This document shows positions 51,386 through 61,908 of a stretch of 64,000 bases of DNA, piece after piece. Every line of letters starts with the position of its first letter. Within the stretch, counting starts at the first letter, position 1. Source of the DNA: Pelagomonas calceolata. Taxonomy: Eukaryota. The stretch lies in the NCBI GenBank assembly GCA_918797485.1, contig CAKKNE010000003.1:1488001-1552000 (forward strand), written 5' to 3'. The notes beneath the pieces are model-generated. The model was given only the letters and a program-made list of their open reading frames with translations, ran no database searches and was not told where the DNA came from. Position numbers and translations under genes: made by a program.

Positions 51386-52355
51386 GTTTCAATCGGGGCG
51401 GCGGCGAGCAGCTGCGGAGCTGCTGCTCGCTCTGGCGCCTGCGCGAGCGGAGCGCAGCGCTGCAGTACCGGGTGGGGTCTGGGAGCTGGCCGAATGCCTG
51501 CGCGCGGGCGAAACGGCGCGTTTGCGCTGCGTTTTTTAGGGAGCCTGTTAGCTAACGATGTTCCCCCTATCATCCGCGTGCCCGCAAAAAACGAAAATCT
51601 GCGGGACTACGCCTCGCTTCCCCGCCGGCGGGGAGAGGGTCCGCGGGAGATACCTAGCAGTCGTTATCTCCGAGTATGGTCCATCGAATGCTCTGGCCTT
51701 GCGACGGCCTTCTCTCGTCATAAGCGGGGCGTTCTGGACGGCTGGGGAGCTTTGTGAGGAGGAGTACCGCGCAGCGCCCTCAACTTCGCCTGCCAAAAAA
51801 GTCTCGTTTGCCCAGCGAAGCGCAAGCTAAAAAACGCTCTACGGAGCACAAAATCGCGCGGCGCAGCGTCCTGCGACATTCATCAGAGTACCAGACCTGG
51901 CGCGGCACTACTGCGCGCTGGGCGCAGCGTCGCGGCGCGTTTTCGCGCAGCGCTGGACGATTTCGTGGCTGTGGTCTGTTTAGGCCAGTGTGCGGCGCGC
52001 GCGCCCGCGCGGGGCACGGGAACCCGCCTCAAGCAATTGAGTGCTACCGGATACCCCGTGGGCGCGCCGCCACCGCCGCCTACACACGCGCGCGCGTTCC
52101 AACACCCGTGCGCGCGCCGACGCCACCCGTTGGGCGTGCCGCCGCCGCGCGCCGCGCGCCCGCCCGCAACTGGCAGCGCACCGCGCCGCGCGCGGCGGCG
52201 TGCACGCGCTGCGCGGGCCGCCGCCGCCGCCGCAAACACACAAAACACAACCCCGCGGCGCGCCGAGCCACGGTTTCACCCGGTCGCCCCACCGCAGGTC
52301 GTTAACTCGACAAAAAAACACCACAACCGAACACCACAAGAAGAACACCACCAGA

Positions 52356-53786
52356 ATGTCGGCCATGAAAGCGCTACGCGACAAGAACGCCGACCTCGCC
52401 GACCTCGAGAAGATCCTGAACCCGACCGACGTGAAGAGTTCCGTGATGCCGCGCTGGCAGCGCAAGGCCCTCCAACGGTCTGATAGCTCGACGTCGAACG
52501 ACCGCTTCATCCCGACGCGGTCGGCCATCGACTTCGACCAGGCGGGCCACGTCATGTCCTCGTCGGAGAACTCGTCTTCGTCGGAGGGCGAGTCCGATGA
52601 ATCGAAGGAGGCGCGCCAAGTACACGCTGATAGACTCAAGGCCGGCCTCTTGGATGCCGAAAGTCGCGTGCTCGCGTACAAACAAAAGGCACCCGCACCA
52701 AAAGCCGGCTACGTGAACTCGTTGAAAGTGTTGTACACGGCGCACGGCTCCCAGCAAGTGCGGAAGGCGAAATCCACAAGACACATTCCGAGCGCGCCTT
52801 CTCGAGTCCTGGACGCTCCGGACCTCTTGGACGACTACTACCTCAACTTGACGTCCTGGGGCGCGAACAACTGCGTCGCCGTGGCCTTGGGCCCGACGGT
52901 CTACGTCTGGAACGCCGGCACGGGCGCCATCACGGAGTTACTGACCTTAGACGAAGGTGACGATTACGTCTGCTCCGTGTCGTGGCTGCCGGGCGAGACG
53001 GGCGCCGGCCACTTGGCCGTCGGGACGTCTGCCGGTTCCACGGAGCTCTGGGACGTCGCGGCGTCGCGAGCGTTGCGGCGCATGGACGGCCACGCGGCGC
53101 GCGTGTCTTGCTTGGCCTGGAACGGGCATTGCCTGTCTTCGGCTGGTAGAGATGCTACCATCGTCCACCACGACGTGAGGATCCGGGACCACGCGACCGG
53201 TTCGTGTGTTGGTCATCAACAGGAGATCTGCGGGCTGTCCTGGTCGCCTGATGGCACTACCTTAGCTTCCGGCGCGAACGATAATTGTGTGATGCTCTGG
53301 AGCGCCGCGCAGACGGGCGTGCGGTCACAAGCGCCGGCTCATTCGTTGACGGACCACACGGCGGCCGTGAAGGCGTTAGCTTGGAGCCCGCACGACCGCC
53401 ACGTACTGGCGTCGGGCGGCGGCACGGCCGACCGGTGCATCAAGCTCTGGAACGCTTCTACCGGAATCAATCTCAACAGTGTGGACACGGGCTCGCAAGT
53501 CTGCGCGCTCGCGTGGAACCCTAGGGAGAAGGAGTTATTGTCTGGACACGGCTACGCCGAGAACCAGCTGTCGCTCTGGAAGTACCCTGCCATGGCGCGC
53601 GTCAAAGATCTCAAAGGACATACTGGAAGAGTGTTGGCTTTATGTACGTCGCCTGATGGTTCTACCGTGTTATCCGCGGGCGCCGACGAGACCTTACGGT
53701 TCTGGGACTGCTTCGGCACCGCGCCGGCGAAGAAGGGCAAGAGCCGCGCCGCCGCTTTAAGCAAGGGCGTCGTGTGCATCCGGTGA
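52356..53786 (+). CDS. CDC20: APC/C activator CDC20/Fizzy
   Basis: C-box DRFIPTR, MIM-like RVLAYK, RVLDAPDLLDDYYLNL, WD40 repeats (LASGGGTADRCIKLWN), IR tail. Confidence 0.95.
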   Translation: MSAMKALRDKNADLADLEKILNPTDVKSSVMPRWQRKALQRSDSSTSNDRFIPTRSAIDFDQAGHVMSSSENSSSSEGESDESKEARQVHADRLKAGLLDAESRVLAYKQKAPAPKAGYVNSLKVLYTAHGSQQVRKAKSTRHIPSAPSRVLDAPDLLDDYYLNLTSWGANNCVAVALGPTVYVWNAGTGAITELLTLDEGDDYVCSVSWLPGETGAGHLAVGTSAGSTELWDVAASRALRRMDGHAARVSCLAWNGHCLSSAGRDATIVHHDVRIRDHATGSCVGHQQEICGLSWSPDGTTLASGANDNCVMLWSAAQTGVRSQAPAHSLTDHTAAVKALAWSPHDRHVLASGGGTADRCIKLWNASTGINLNSVDTGSQVCALAWNPREKELLSGHGYAENQLSLWKYPAMARVKDLKGHTGRVLALCTSPDGSTVLSAGADETLRFWDCFGTAPAKKGKSRAAALSKGVVCIR

Positions 53787-54247
53787 AGTTCTCGCGTTGG
53801 TGTCCTCTGTTTTTCCCTACGCAGGCAACGCGTCGATTTTCGTTCGTTCGCGAGAGCGGGGGGTGGTTGTGGGGGTATCGCATCGCGGGGACTTCAGTTG
53901 GACCGACCCGCCTTGAGCCTTTGCTCGGCACTTTTCCTTTCACCGGTGTCTTCGGGCACCCCACTTGTACATCGAAGTTGTCGACGCGCCGACGGCGTCC
54001 AGGGCTGCCGACGCCGACGACTTCACGAGACCTCCGAGTCCCCGAGCAGGCCCGCCCCCACGAGAATGTTTTAAGGTTAGGTAAAACTATATACAGGGAC
54101 TAGAAATATGGACAAGATAAACAGTGGCAGGTTGCAACAGGTAACGATCGGTCTTGGGTGGTGATCGCGATATGTACAGACAGCGTGTCCCTCTGTAAAG
54201 AGACACGCAAGATGCAGTGCGCGGCGTCGCACTACGTCAAATAAACT

Positions 54248-55306
54248 TCAGAGGTCGGCCCAGGGCTCCAGCAGCGCGGCGATGCCGTCGAGCTCGTCGT
54301 CATTAATGTCGAGCGACGGCGCTTGCGTCGAGCAGACGGGGAAGGCGCCCGCGAAGGATGAGTTGGGGTTCGCGAGGGCGTCCCGCAGCCGCTGCTTGAG
54401 CACGCCCTTGAGGCCCTCCGTCGACAGGCCCCGAGACGCGAGCTGCGCTCGTAACTCGTGGACTTTCAACGCAGGAGGTCTCGAGGGCCGGTGGCGCTTC
54501 TTCTTCTCGCCCGTAGCAGGTAGGGGACGCTTCAGAGAAGGTGGAGATGGCGGTACGGAGGTCGAGAGCGGCGGCTTCGGTCTGGGGGGAGGCGCCTCGA
54601 CGCACTCCTCCGTCACGCCGGACTCGGCCGCGGCCTCGCGCCGGAAGGCGGCTCGGCAGCGCTCCAACCTTAATAATGAATCGGGCGGGCACTCCTCGAC
54701 GCGGCGAAACACCAACTTCCCGATGGACTGGCCGGCGGCGTACTTTTTACTGATGCGCATCCTTTCACATCTCAGCTCCGCAGCCAGAAAAGCTCGTAAG
54801 GTCGTCCCTTCGCGGCAGCCCGGGACGCGCCCGGCCTTGAAGAGCTCGATGAGTAACTCCGCGAGCGCGACCTCCGTAGCGGACCACTTGCCCCTCCTCA
54901 TGGGCTGGACGACCTTTCTGGGTGGTGGCGGCAAGGCTAATGTGTCGTCGGAAGTCGACCTTGAAACAGGATTGGGCACGAGGCTGTCTCCGCTCACCTT
55001 GTAGAGCTCGGGCAGCTCCACAAAAGAAGTAGAGCGGCTGACCACCGGGTGTAGGAGCGGCGCCGCGTAGTGCGTCGGCGGCGACGGGCTCGCGCTGACG
55101 ACGGGACCGGCCTCGGGGTCCGGCTCGGCGTCCGACGACTCGGGGGTCACCTTGACGTTGGTTTGGGCGAGCGCCCTCACAAAATTCGGGTGCCCCGCGG
55201 GCACCAGGGCCTCGGGCCTAGTGGTGAAGGGGCTGGTCGCGTGCCCGCCGGCCGCCGGCGCCGCCAGCCCCTCGTTGAAGGGGTTGCATAAAAGGGGGGA
55301 GGCCAT
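54248..55306 (-). CDS. SAP-domain protein with RRGKW..LRxFL..RISKK putative DNA-binding domain
   Basis: LKVHELRAQLASRGLSTEGLKGVLKQRL (SAP); MRRGKWSATEVALAELLIELF..LRCERMRISKKY. Confidence 0.75.
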   Translation of the reverse strand: MASPLLCNPFNEGLAAPAAGGHATSPFTTRPEALVPAGHPNFVRALAQTNVKVTPESSDAEPDPEAGPVVSASPSPPTHYAAPLLHPVVSRSTSFVELPELYKVSGDSLVPNPVSRSTSDDTLALPPPPRKVVQPMRRGKWSATEVALAELLIELFKAGRVPGCREGTTLRAFLAAELRCERMRISKKYAAGQSIGKLVFRRVEECPPDSLLRLERCRAAFRREAAAESGVTEECVEAPPPRPKPPLSTSVPPSPPSLKRPLPATGEKKKRHRPSRPPALKVHELRAQLASRGLSTEGLKGVLKQRLRDALANPNSSFAGAFPVCSTQAPSLDINDDELDGIAALLEPWADL

Positions 55307-55462
55307 CGCCGCGGGCCGCCCTGCCTGTCTATCCGTTTTTGTAAAACCGGTGTGGACCCACCGGTGGCGCTGCCCCGCCCGGCGGCGGGCTGCCTGCCTC
55401 CTGCTGCGCGCTGGCAATGGCAATCGCTGTGCTCCCAACCGGGGCTGCCTAGCAGAGTGGCT

Positions 55463-55472
55463 GCTAGTGTCT
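55463..55472. promoter_or_regulatory. Half copy of the CTAG motif (GCTAGTGTCT)
   Basis: ~157 bp upstream of the SAP gene ATG. Confidence 0.35.
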
Positions 55473-55530
55473 GGAAAAAATCTCCGGAACCCTGGGAACC
55501 CTGGGAACATAGGTATAAAAACAAACCTTT

Positions 55531-56148
55531 TTAGAGCGCTTGGAGAGGGCTACTTTTCGCGTCCTCCGCGTTCTCCCGCACGAAGGGCGCCACGGACTTG
55601 AAATGAGGGTGCTTCGAGTCTTTCAGTAATTGGAAGACCACCGCCTCCGAGGTAGACAACACGGCGCCCGCGCCCGCCAACCTCTTCAAAGCAACGGATC
55701 GGTCGAACGGCCGTTGGGACGACACGGCGTCGCACGCAATGTGGACATGTAATCCTTGATCTAACAAATCCAACGTCGTCTGCAGCACACAGACGTGCGT
55801 CTCCAACCCACATAAAACGCAGGACTCAATACCCATCGAAGACAGATGAGACATGACCTCCGGCGTCGCCATCGAGAACATGGTCTTCTCGAACGTTCGA
55901 TTTTTTTCCTTCTGCTGGATTAATGTAGAAAGTTCAGGCACGGTCTGTTTGAATGCTTTCGGATATTGTTCAGTGCACACGACCGGCAGATCTAACGCGT
56001 TCGCGACCTTCACTAAATAAGACGAACACTTCACGAGCTCCTGGAACCCAAAGATGATCTCCGTGAAGCGCTGCTGGACGTCGCAGACGAGCACGCAGGT
56101 CGTGGCGGGGTTCAGCTTCTGCACACTGGCTTTGAGCATGGTGGCCAT
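55531..56148 (-). CDS. Isochorismatase-domain protein (ISOC1/2-like)
   Basis: VCDVQQRF, TEQYPKAF, EKTMFSM, CGLETHVCVLQTTLDLL, DAVSS. Confidence 0.93.
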   Translation of the reverse strand: MATMLKASVQKLNPATTCVLVCDVQQRFTEIIFGFQELVKCSSYLVKVANALDLPVVCTEQYPKAFKQTVPELSTLIQQKEKNRTFEKTMFSMATPEVMSHLSSMGIESCVLCGLETHVCVLQTTLDLLDQGLHVHIACDAVSSQRPFDRSVALKRLAGAGAVLSTSEAVVFQLLKDSKHPHFKSVAPFVRENAEDAKSSPLQAL

Positions 56149-56285
56149 GGTTTCTCGTCTTCCGATCGCTGTGGTCTTTTGAGAATGCTTCGTGGCGAGC
56201 GCTGTGGTCTTTTTTGGCGTATTTTTGCGTCCCAGCGCTCTGCTATGGCCTTCGTAGGGCTGGTTTTTGGCTCGAGGGGCTGGTT

Positions 56286-56308
56286 GCTAGTATGTGACCG
56301 CCGCTAGC
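56286..56308. promoter_or_regulatory. CTAG-bounded motif copy (GCTAGTATGTGACCGCCGCTAGC)
   Basis: Divergent spacer between ISOC and DeSI genes. Confidence 0.5.
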
Positions 56309-56564
56309 TGCGGCTGATTATGGGAATCGGTGCCAGCGCTGTGCGAAGAGCGTAAACGTTGGCGTTGGCAGCTCTCTGGATCTCTGAGAACCCACCGTAA
56401 CGCACTCGCATCCACGCGGAGCCCTGGGGACGGCTGCCAGAGGCACAGTGGCTGCAGCCTGTTCAGACGCCCGACGCCGACGGCGCGCAAGCTATACAGA
56501 TTACACAGGGGCGGAGGCGACAGCAGATCTGAGGCCCAGCAACTCCAGCTGAAAGACAAGAGTC

Positions 56565-57671
56565 ATGTCGTACCAGGTCCAGGTACCGAACTACGACACG
56601 ACGACCGGCGCGCCGCTGCCGGCGGGCTGGGTCCGCTGGGTCGATCCAGAGAGCGACGAGTTCTACTATCACAACGAGACGACGGGCGAGACGACCTGGG
56701 ACGACCCCACGCGCTGGAAGGTGGGCCTGCTCTTCGATCGACTCAGAGGCGAACCACCGAAGGATGCACCTCTGTATAGGCCGCGGACGATCGAGTGCGC
56801 CTTCGCGGAGTACTCTTCTGCTGATACTGATGAAAGCGACGGCGACGCGCCCGTCACGCTGCGCGTCTACGACGTGAGTTTTAGGGGTGCGGGAGCGCTC
56901 AATTCATTGCTGAATGGCTCGTCTGGAGCGTTCCATACGGCCATCGAGGTGCACGGGCTAGAGTGGTCATTTGGCGCCACAGCAGACGACGACGACGACA
57001 CGAGCGGCATTTTTTGTTGCGACCCGGCGTCGGCCCAGCCGCACCGCTACCGCGAGGCCATCTCGTTGGGCCGCACGAAGAAGTCGCCCGTCGACGTGTT
57101 CAATATCCTGCTGCGGCTCGCGCCGTTCTGGCTCGGGAAGTCGTATGACGTGCTGCGGAAGAACTGCAACTCGTTCTGCATCCTGTTTTCCGGCGAGCTG
57201 GGCGCCGACGCGCCGCCGCCGTGGACGCACCGATTGGGCGACGGCGCCGCGGCTTTAGATGACCGGGTCTCGCGGCTGCTGGAGACGACAGGCTTGGGTG
57301 GTGGGGACGAGCCGCGCGCCGACGGGCCGGCGGCGGTGGTCTGGGACCATCCTCAGTGGTGTGCGCGCCACTTCGACTCGTTGGCAGAAGCGGAACGTTT
57401 GTGGGCCGCCCTGCCGCTCGCGCACGCGGCTTGTTTTTTCGTGCGGGACGCTCCCTCATTAACTATAGACGGCGCCGACGCGCCGGCCGTCGAGTGGACC
57501 CTGCACAAATCTTATGGGTTGCCCCACGCGACGGCGCGCATCCGAGACCGGTTCGCGTCCACGCGCGCGCTGCGGCGGCGCGCGCCGCCGCCCGTCCGGC
57601 CCGCGGCGAACCTACTGCGACCGCCGCGACGGCCTCTGGGAGCTAGCGAGTCGAAGGAGGTAGAATTGTAA
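56565..57671 (+). CDS. WW-domain PPPDE/DeSI (peptidase C97) deSUMOylase/deubiquitinase
   Basis: LPAGW..FYYHNETTGETTWDDP; LRVYDV, AFHTAIEVHGLEWSFG, YDVLRKNCNSF. Confidence 0.9.
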   Translation: MSYQVQVPNYDTTTGAPLPAGWVRWVDPESDEFYYHNETTGETTWDDPTRWKVGLLFDRLRGEPPKDAPLYRPRTIECAFAEYSSADTDESDGDAPVTLRVYDVSFRGAGALNSLLNGSSGAFHTAIEVHGLEWSFGATADDDDDTSGIFCCDPASAQPHRYREAISLGRTKKSPVDVFNILLRLAPFWLGKSYDVLRKNCNSFCILFSGELGADAPPPWTHRLGDGAAALDDRVSRLLETTGLGGGDEPRADGPAAVVWDHPQWCARHFDSLAEAERLWAALPLAHAACFFVRDAPSLTIDGADAPAVEWTLHKSYGLPHATARIRDRFASTRALRRRAPPPVRPAANLLRPPRRPLGASESKEVEL

Positions 57672-57769
57672 GTTCCTTGTTGTGTACCTTGTTTGCGAAG
57701 AACACTCCCGAGGGGCGACGGCGTATGAGGGTGTGCGGTCGCGCGGCGGGGAGATTGTTCAAGTTCAAG

Positions 57770-58975
57770 TTATAGAAGCTTAAAGTTGAACTTGAACGAC
57801 GTACGCCGTCGAACGGCAGGATCCTCCGGGTCCATGACGTACCCCAGCGCCTCACTGATCCCCCGCCACTTGCCCTCGCGGGCCCTCAGCTCGGCCTGCG
57901 CGAAGCGGATGTCTTTCGGGTCCATCTCCCTTGTGTACGAGTGCTCGGCCCCGAACGCGCGCCGCACGGTCCCATATGTCTCCTCCATCGTTGCCACGGC
58001 CTCGCGAATGTCGTCGAGCGTGGCGTCGGGGGCCCGGTAGAGAAAGAGCCCGTAGCTCCACCGCAGCCGGATCACGTCGATGTTGCCTTTGCCGAGGACG
58101 CGCCGCGCGACGGGAATCACCTTGCGCAGCAGCGCCTTGCCTTCGTCGAAGCGCCGTGTTCTGTACAGGCTATTCGCAAGGTAGCCTGCGGACCAAATGG
58201 TCTCTTGATGGTTCTCGCCGTGGAGCTTCAACCGTCCAGAGTACACGTCTCGTTGCAGGGGCAGGCCCTCTTCATGCCGTCCAAGAGCATTATACGAGTA
58301 CCCAACGCGCGTTTGCACCCTAAGCATGTGGTCTCCCGGCGCGCCGACGCGCTTCATCAGAGACAACTCGGCTTGTCTCGCGAGTAGCGCGTCCTCGTGG
58401 TCGCCCGCATCGAATAACACGTTCCCGAGCAGCCGGGTTGCGGACAACCGGATTTGGTCCGTCTCCGACCGCCCCAAGTACGTCTTCCAGCACGCCCACC
58501 CAAGCGCACATGCCACGATGCCGTGGTAATTTTGCTCGCACTGGCCGCACTTGTGCCACCGCTCCCACCTCTTCTCCAACGCTCTGTCGTCCAAATTGTT
58601 CTCCTCGACCTCGTCCATCAAAATCTTCGCTTGCTCCATCAGGCACGACACGTGCGCGAAGCCCGCCGTCCCGCGGCACGCGCACATGCGCACGAGGCCT
58701 TCTTTGTCGTCGCCACAGATGTAGCACGTCTGGCCCTTCGCGTCCTCCTTACACGCCTCCGCCGCGACCGTCACGGCCTCCTTAAATTTGGTATCGGCGT
58801 GATACTGTTCGGCGCCGCCTCCTTTTCTGATCTTCCTACAGAGCTTGTCGTGGCCGCCTTGCTCCCAGTGCTGTTTCTGGCAGGTCGGCGAGCAGTAGAG
58901 CGTCTTGCAGCGGCTGCATTGCTTCGCCGGGTGTGGGAGCGGGGCAGCGCAGCAGGCGCAGTTAATGAGGACCAT
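57770..58975 (-). CDS. MYND zinc finger + RINGv + kinesin-light-chain-type TPR protein
   Basis: CACC..CSRCKTLYCSPTCQKQHW..HDKLC; CYIC..CACRGTAGFAHVSC..CGQC; ARRVLG-type repeats. Confidence 0.88.
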   Translation of the reverse strand: MVLINCACCAAPLPHPAKQCSRCKTLYCSPTCQKQHWEQGGHDKLCRKIRKGGGAEQYHADTKFKEAVTVAAEACKEDAKGQTCYICGDDKEGLVRMCACRGTAGFAHVSCLMEQAKILMDEVEENNLDDRALEKRWERWHKCGQCEQNYHGIVACALGWACWKTYLGRSETDQIRLSATRLLGNVLFDAGDHEDALLARQAELSLMKRVGAPGDHMLRVQTRVGYSYNALGRHEEGLPLQRDVYSGRLKLHGENHQETIWSAGYLANSLYRTRRFDEGKALLRKVIPVARRVLGKGNIDVIRLRWSYGLFLYRAPDATLDDIREAVATMEETYGTVRRAFGAEHSYTREMDPKDIRFAQAELRAREGKWRGISEALGYVMDPEDPAVRRRTSFKFNFKLL

Positions 58976-59047
58976 CTGTCTTTATATAGGCTGCCCCAAT
59001 TCGTTATTTGTGTATCCTGGGGCGCTGGCTCGGATTCCTTCTTTCTC

Positions 59048-59070
59048 GCTAGTGTCTTTCCGCCGCTAGC
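59048..59070. promoter_or_regulatory. CTAG-bounded motif copy (GCTAGTGTCTTTCCGCCGCTAGC)
   Basis: Divergent spacer between the MYND gene and the pseudouridine synthase. Confidence 0.55.
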
Positions 59071-59251
59071 TAGCTGCTGCGCTGCTCGGGTGCACTTTGT
59101 GTATGTGTAGCTAAGAAGTAGCACAGACAATAGCTAGACACTTGTGCGAGACGCCATCGCCGCGACAACCGGTACCGACGACGTATTATTGCACACAATC
59201 CAGCATCAGCTCTGCAGGCTGTGCGGCAGCCTCGGGACGCGAGGCGGCAAA

Positions 59252-60007
59252 ATGCTGCTATACACATCGACACTGCTCGCGCTCGGCGCACGCATCCCAG
59301 TGCTGCTCTACAAAGACCGCTACGTCGCCGTGAACAAGCCGCCCGGCATCTCGACGCACCGCTCGTTCGACACTGGTAGACGAAGGGTATTAACGACGCA
59401 GCTGCAGCGCCAGTTCCGCAGGAAGGTCTACACGGTCCACCGCCTCGACCACCGGACGAGCGGCTGCATTTTGTTCGGCTTCGACGGCGAGGCAGCGGGC
59501 GAGTGCCACGGCCGGCTGCGCGACGGCGTCAAGGAGTACGTGGCTCTGCTGCGCGGCTTCGACGAGCGCGACGCCGTGGGGAGCGAAGTGGTGGTCGAGA
59601 AGCCCATCAAGGGCGATGACGGCGAGCCTCGACCCGCGAAGACGACGTTTCGCAAATTGGCGGGCCAGGAAGAGCCGCGGTGTACGCTGGTTATTGCGAC
59701 GCCGCACACGGGCCGCCCGCACCAAATAAGACGCCACGCGCAAGCGCTCTCGATGCCGATCATCGGGGACAGCGCTCATGGGGATTCAAAAGTGAACCGG
59801 TGGTGGCGACAGGAGCGCGGCCTCGACCGCCTGGCGCTGCACTGCCTGTCGATCGCGCTGCCCGACCCGGCCGAGACGATCGTCGCGCCGCTCGAGGGGT
59901 CGCTTGCCGAGGTCCTGCGCGCGGAGACGCTCTGGGCGGAGGCGCTCGAACGCGAGCCTCGCTTGGATCTGGCGCCGGTGGACGACCGGTCGGGGTCGCG
60001 GGGTTGA
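59252..60007 (+). CDS. RluA/TruC family RNA pseudouridine synthase
   Basis: VAVNKPPG, VHRLDHRTSG, KEYVAL, TGRPHQIRRH, PIIGDSAHG, RLALH. Confidence 0.92.
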   Translation: MLLYTSTLLALGARIPVLLYKDRYVAVNKPPGISTHRSFDTGRRRVLTTQLQRQFRRKVYTVHRLDHRTSGCILFGFDGEAAGECHGRLRDGVKEYVALLRGFDERDAVGSEVVVEKPIKGDDGEPRPAKTTFRKLAGQEEPRCTLVIATPHTGRPHQIRRHAQALSMPIIGDSAHGDSKVNRWWRQERGLDRLALHCLSIALPDPAETIVAPLEGSLAEVLRAETLWAEALEREPRLDLAPVDDRSGSRG

Positions 60008-60108
60008 TAGTAATGTGCTAGTTGTTGTTACTCTCAAAATACGCCATCGTGCTGTCTGTCTCGTGCTTATCAGCCGCACGCGACCCGAGTGGAGGAATAA
60101 TGGGTTTC

Positions 60109-60131
60109 GCTAGTGTCTTACCGACGCTAGC
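60109..60131. promoter_or_regulatory. CTAG-bounded motif copy (GCTAGTGTCTTACCGACGCTAGC)
   Basis: ~190 bp upstream of the TLC gene ATG. Confidence 0.55.
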
Positions 60132-60318
60132 TTGGATATTGAACGCATACGTATCGCGCTGTTATCGCGGGCGTGGGAGAACGTCTGCAAGCTGGAAAAG
60201 CTCTAAAAGTAGCCTTGCAGCCTCCAGGACCAGTAGCACGGGTCAAAGTTGCAAGCGCAGACGCTCAGGCACCCTGCAACCCAAAAGGACCCAAAACGCA
60301 TCCTTGCAAAAGGCAAAG

Positions 60319-61404
60319 ATGACGCCCCTGCAGGAGGGCCTCCTCGGCACTATCATAATCGCGATAGCTATATGGAGTGAACCGCTCGCCATCAAAATAG
60401 GCTACCTCGACGAAGACTTCACGTCGCGGCTCTTCGACGCGGCCCCACCCGCGGAGACCTGGGGCACGATGTTCGCGCCCGCGCGGGGCTTCGAGCGTTA
60501 CATTGCCTACGAGATGTTAAGGGCATTAGCGACGCACCTCGGCGCCTTTTATTTACTCGGCGCCGTGCGCGACAAGTGGGCCGCGGCGAAGACGGCGGAC
60601 AAGCGCCAAATCCTGTCAAGGGGCGTCATGAACGTGCTGTTTTTGGCGGCCTGCGGGTATCGAGGCCTCATGATGTGGCGGGGCTGGTACGTCGAAGCGG
60701 GGTGGCCCTCGATCCCGGCAGCTTTACAGCACGTCCACTCCGCATTAACGGTGGGCTGCACCGCTACGGAGGGAAACTGGATGACCTTCTGGAAGTCCAG
60801 TGATGGTACCGGCTGCGCCCCTCTCAGATTTGTGCCCCAGACGGCGCACGAGCGGTTATATGACTACGACGCCGACTTCCAAAGGTTATCCGTGGTCATG
60901 TTCGCCTTCCAGTGGAAGAATTTGTTGGATTCGGTCTATTTCGACGACGGGTTGATCTTTGTGATCCACCACAGCGTGGTCATTGTGGTGTCATTATTTG
61001 CGCTACACCCCTTCTCGCATTTATATGGGTCCTTCTTCTTCGGCGTGTCCGAGGTGTCTACGACGGTGCTGGCTGTTGTCGCATTATTTGATGCCGAGCA
61101 CGGCGTCGAGGAGCTCGAGCGGGACTTTCCCAATACACGGCTCGTGATTGGTGGCGTTTTTGCCGTCTCATTTTTCATAGTACGCGGGATCATCTGGCCC
61201 TACCTCACGTACTTTTACTGTCGGGACGGCTTCCGCATTTTGGATAATGACCCGGACATCCACTCGCGGTTTTTGGTCAAGCTCTTCATGGGCGGCCTTC
61301 TGACGCTCAGCGTGATGCAGGTCATCTGGCTCGGGCAGATCGTGCTGAAATTGCGGGAGGAGCTCGGGGGCATGTTGTCGTCGTCGAAGGCGAAGGCGGC
61401 GTAG
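60319..61404 (+). CDS. TLC (TRAM/LAG1/CLN8)-domain membrane protein
   Basis: FVIHHSVV, FFFGVSEVST, FAVSFFIVRGIIWP, QVIWL; multiple TM segments. Confidence 0.85.
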   Translation: MTPLQEGLLGTIIIAIAIWSEPLAIKIGYLDEDFTSRLFDAAPPAETWGTMFAPARGFERYIAYEMLRALATHLGAFYLLGAVRDKWAAAKTADKRQILSRGVMNVLFLAACGYRGLMMWRGWYVEAGWPSIPAALQHVHSALTVGCTATEGNWMTFWKSSDGTGCAPLRFVPQTAHERLYDYDADFQRLSVVMFAFQWKNLLDSVYFDDGLIFVIHHSVVIVVSLFALHPFSHLYGSFFFGVSEVSTTVLAVVALFDAEHGVEELERDFPNTRLVIGGVFAVSFFIVRGIIWPYLTYFYCRDGFRILDNDPDIHSRFLVKLFMGGLLTLSVMQVIWLGQIVLKLREELGGMLSSSKAKAA

Positions 61405-61908
61405 GGCGCGTAAGTATGCTATAGAGCAGCTCCCGCGTTGGCGTTAACAATCGATGTTACGGTGCTAGGACTAGTGGGCGGAGCCCCTGGGGGGGAGACA
61501 CCGCGCGTCGCCGATTCATCGGCGGCCCGCGTATGGCGTCGCTCGCCGGCGGCGTCGATACCCGACCGTCGCGATTCCGCGTACCCACCCACAGACTCCT
61601 CCAAGAGCAGCTCACCGGTCCACGGACCGGGTCCGCGGGGGACCGCGCGCCTCAAGACTGGAAGCACTTGCCCTGCCCTCGCCGTGCCGCGCGTTCGTGC
61701 GCGCGCCGAAGCCAACGGCAACAATAGTGCTCGTCCAGTCGCGTCACAGCCGCGCGCCGGCAGCGTGCATTGCGACAAAATTGTCCACAGCGCCGCGCAC
61801 AGAGTGATAGCTCTTCTGGGGGGAGGGCAGCCCTGAGCGCCCTTTATCCGCGCCGACCGAGCACGGGAAAGAAGGCCGCCGTCGACCGAGCAGGTCGCGC
61901 GGCCCGAG

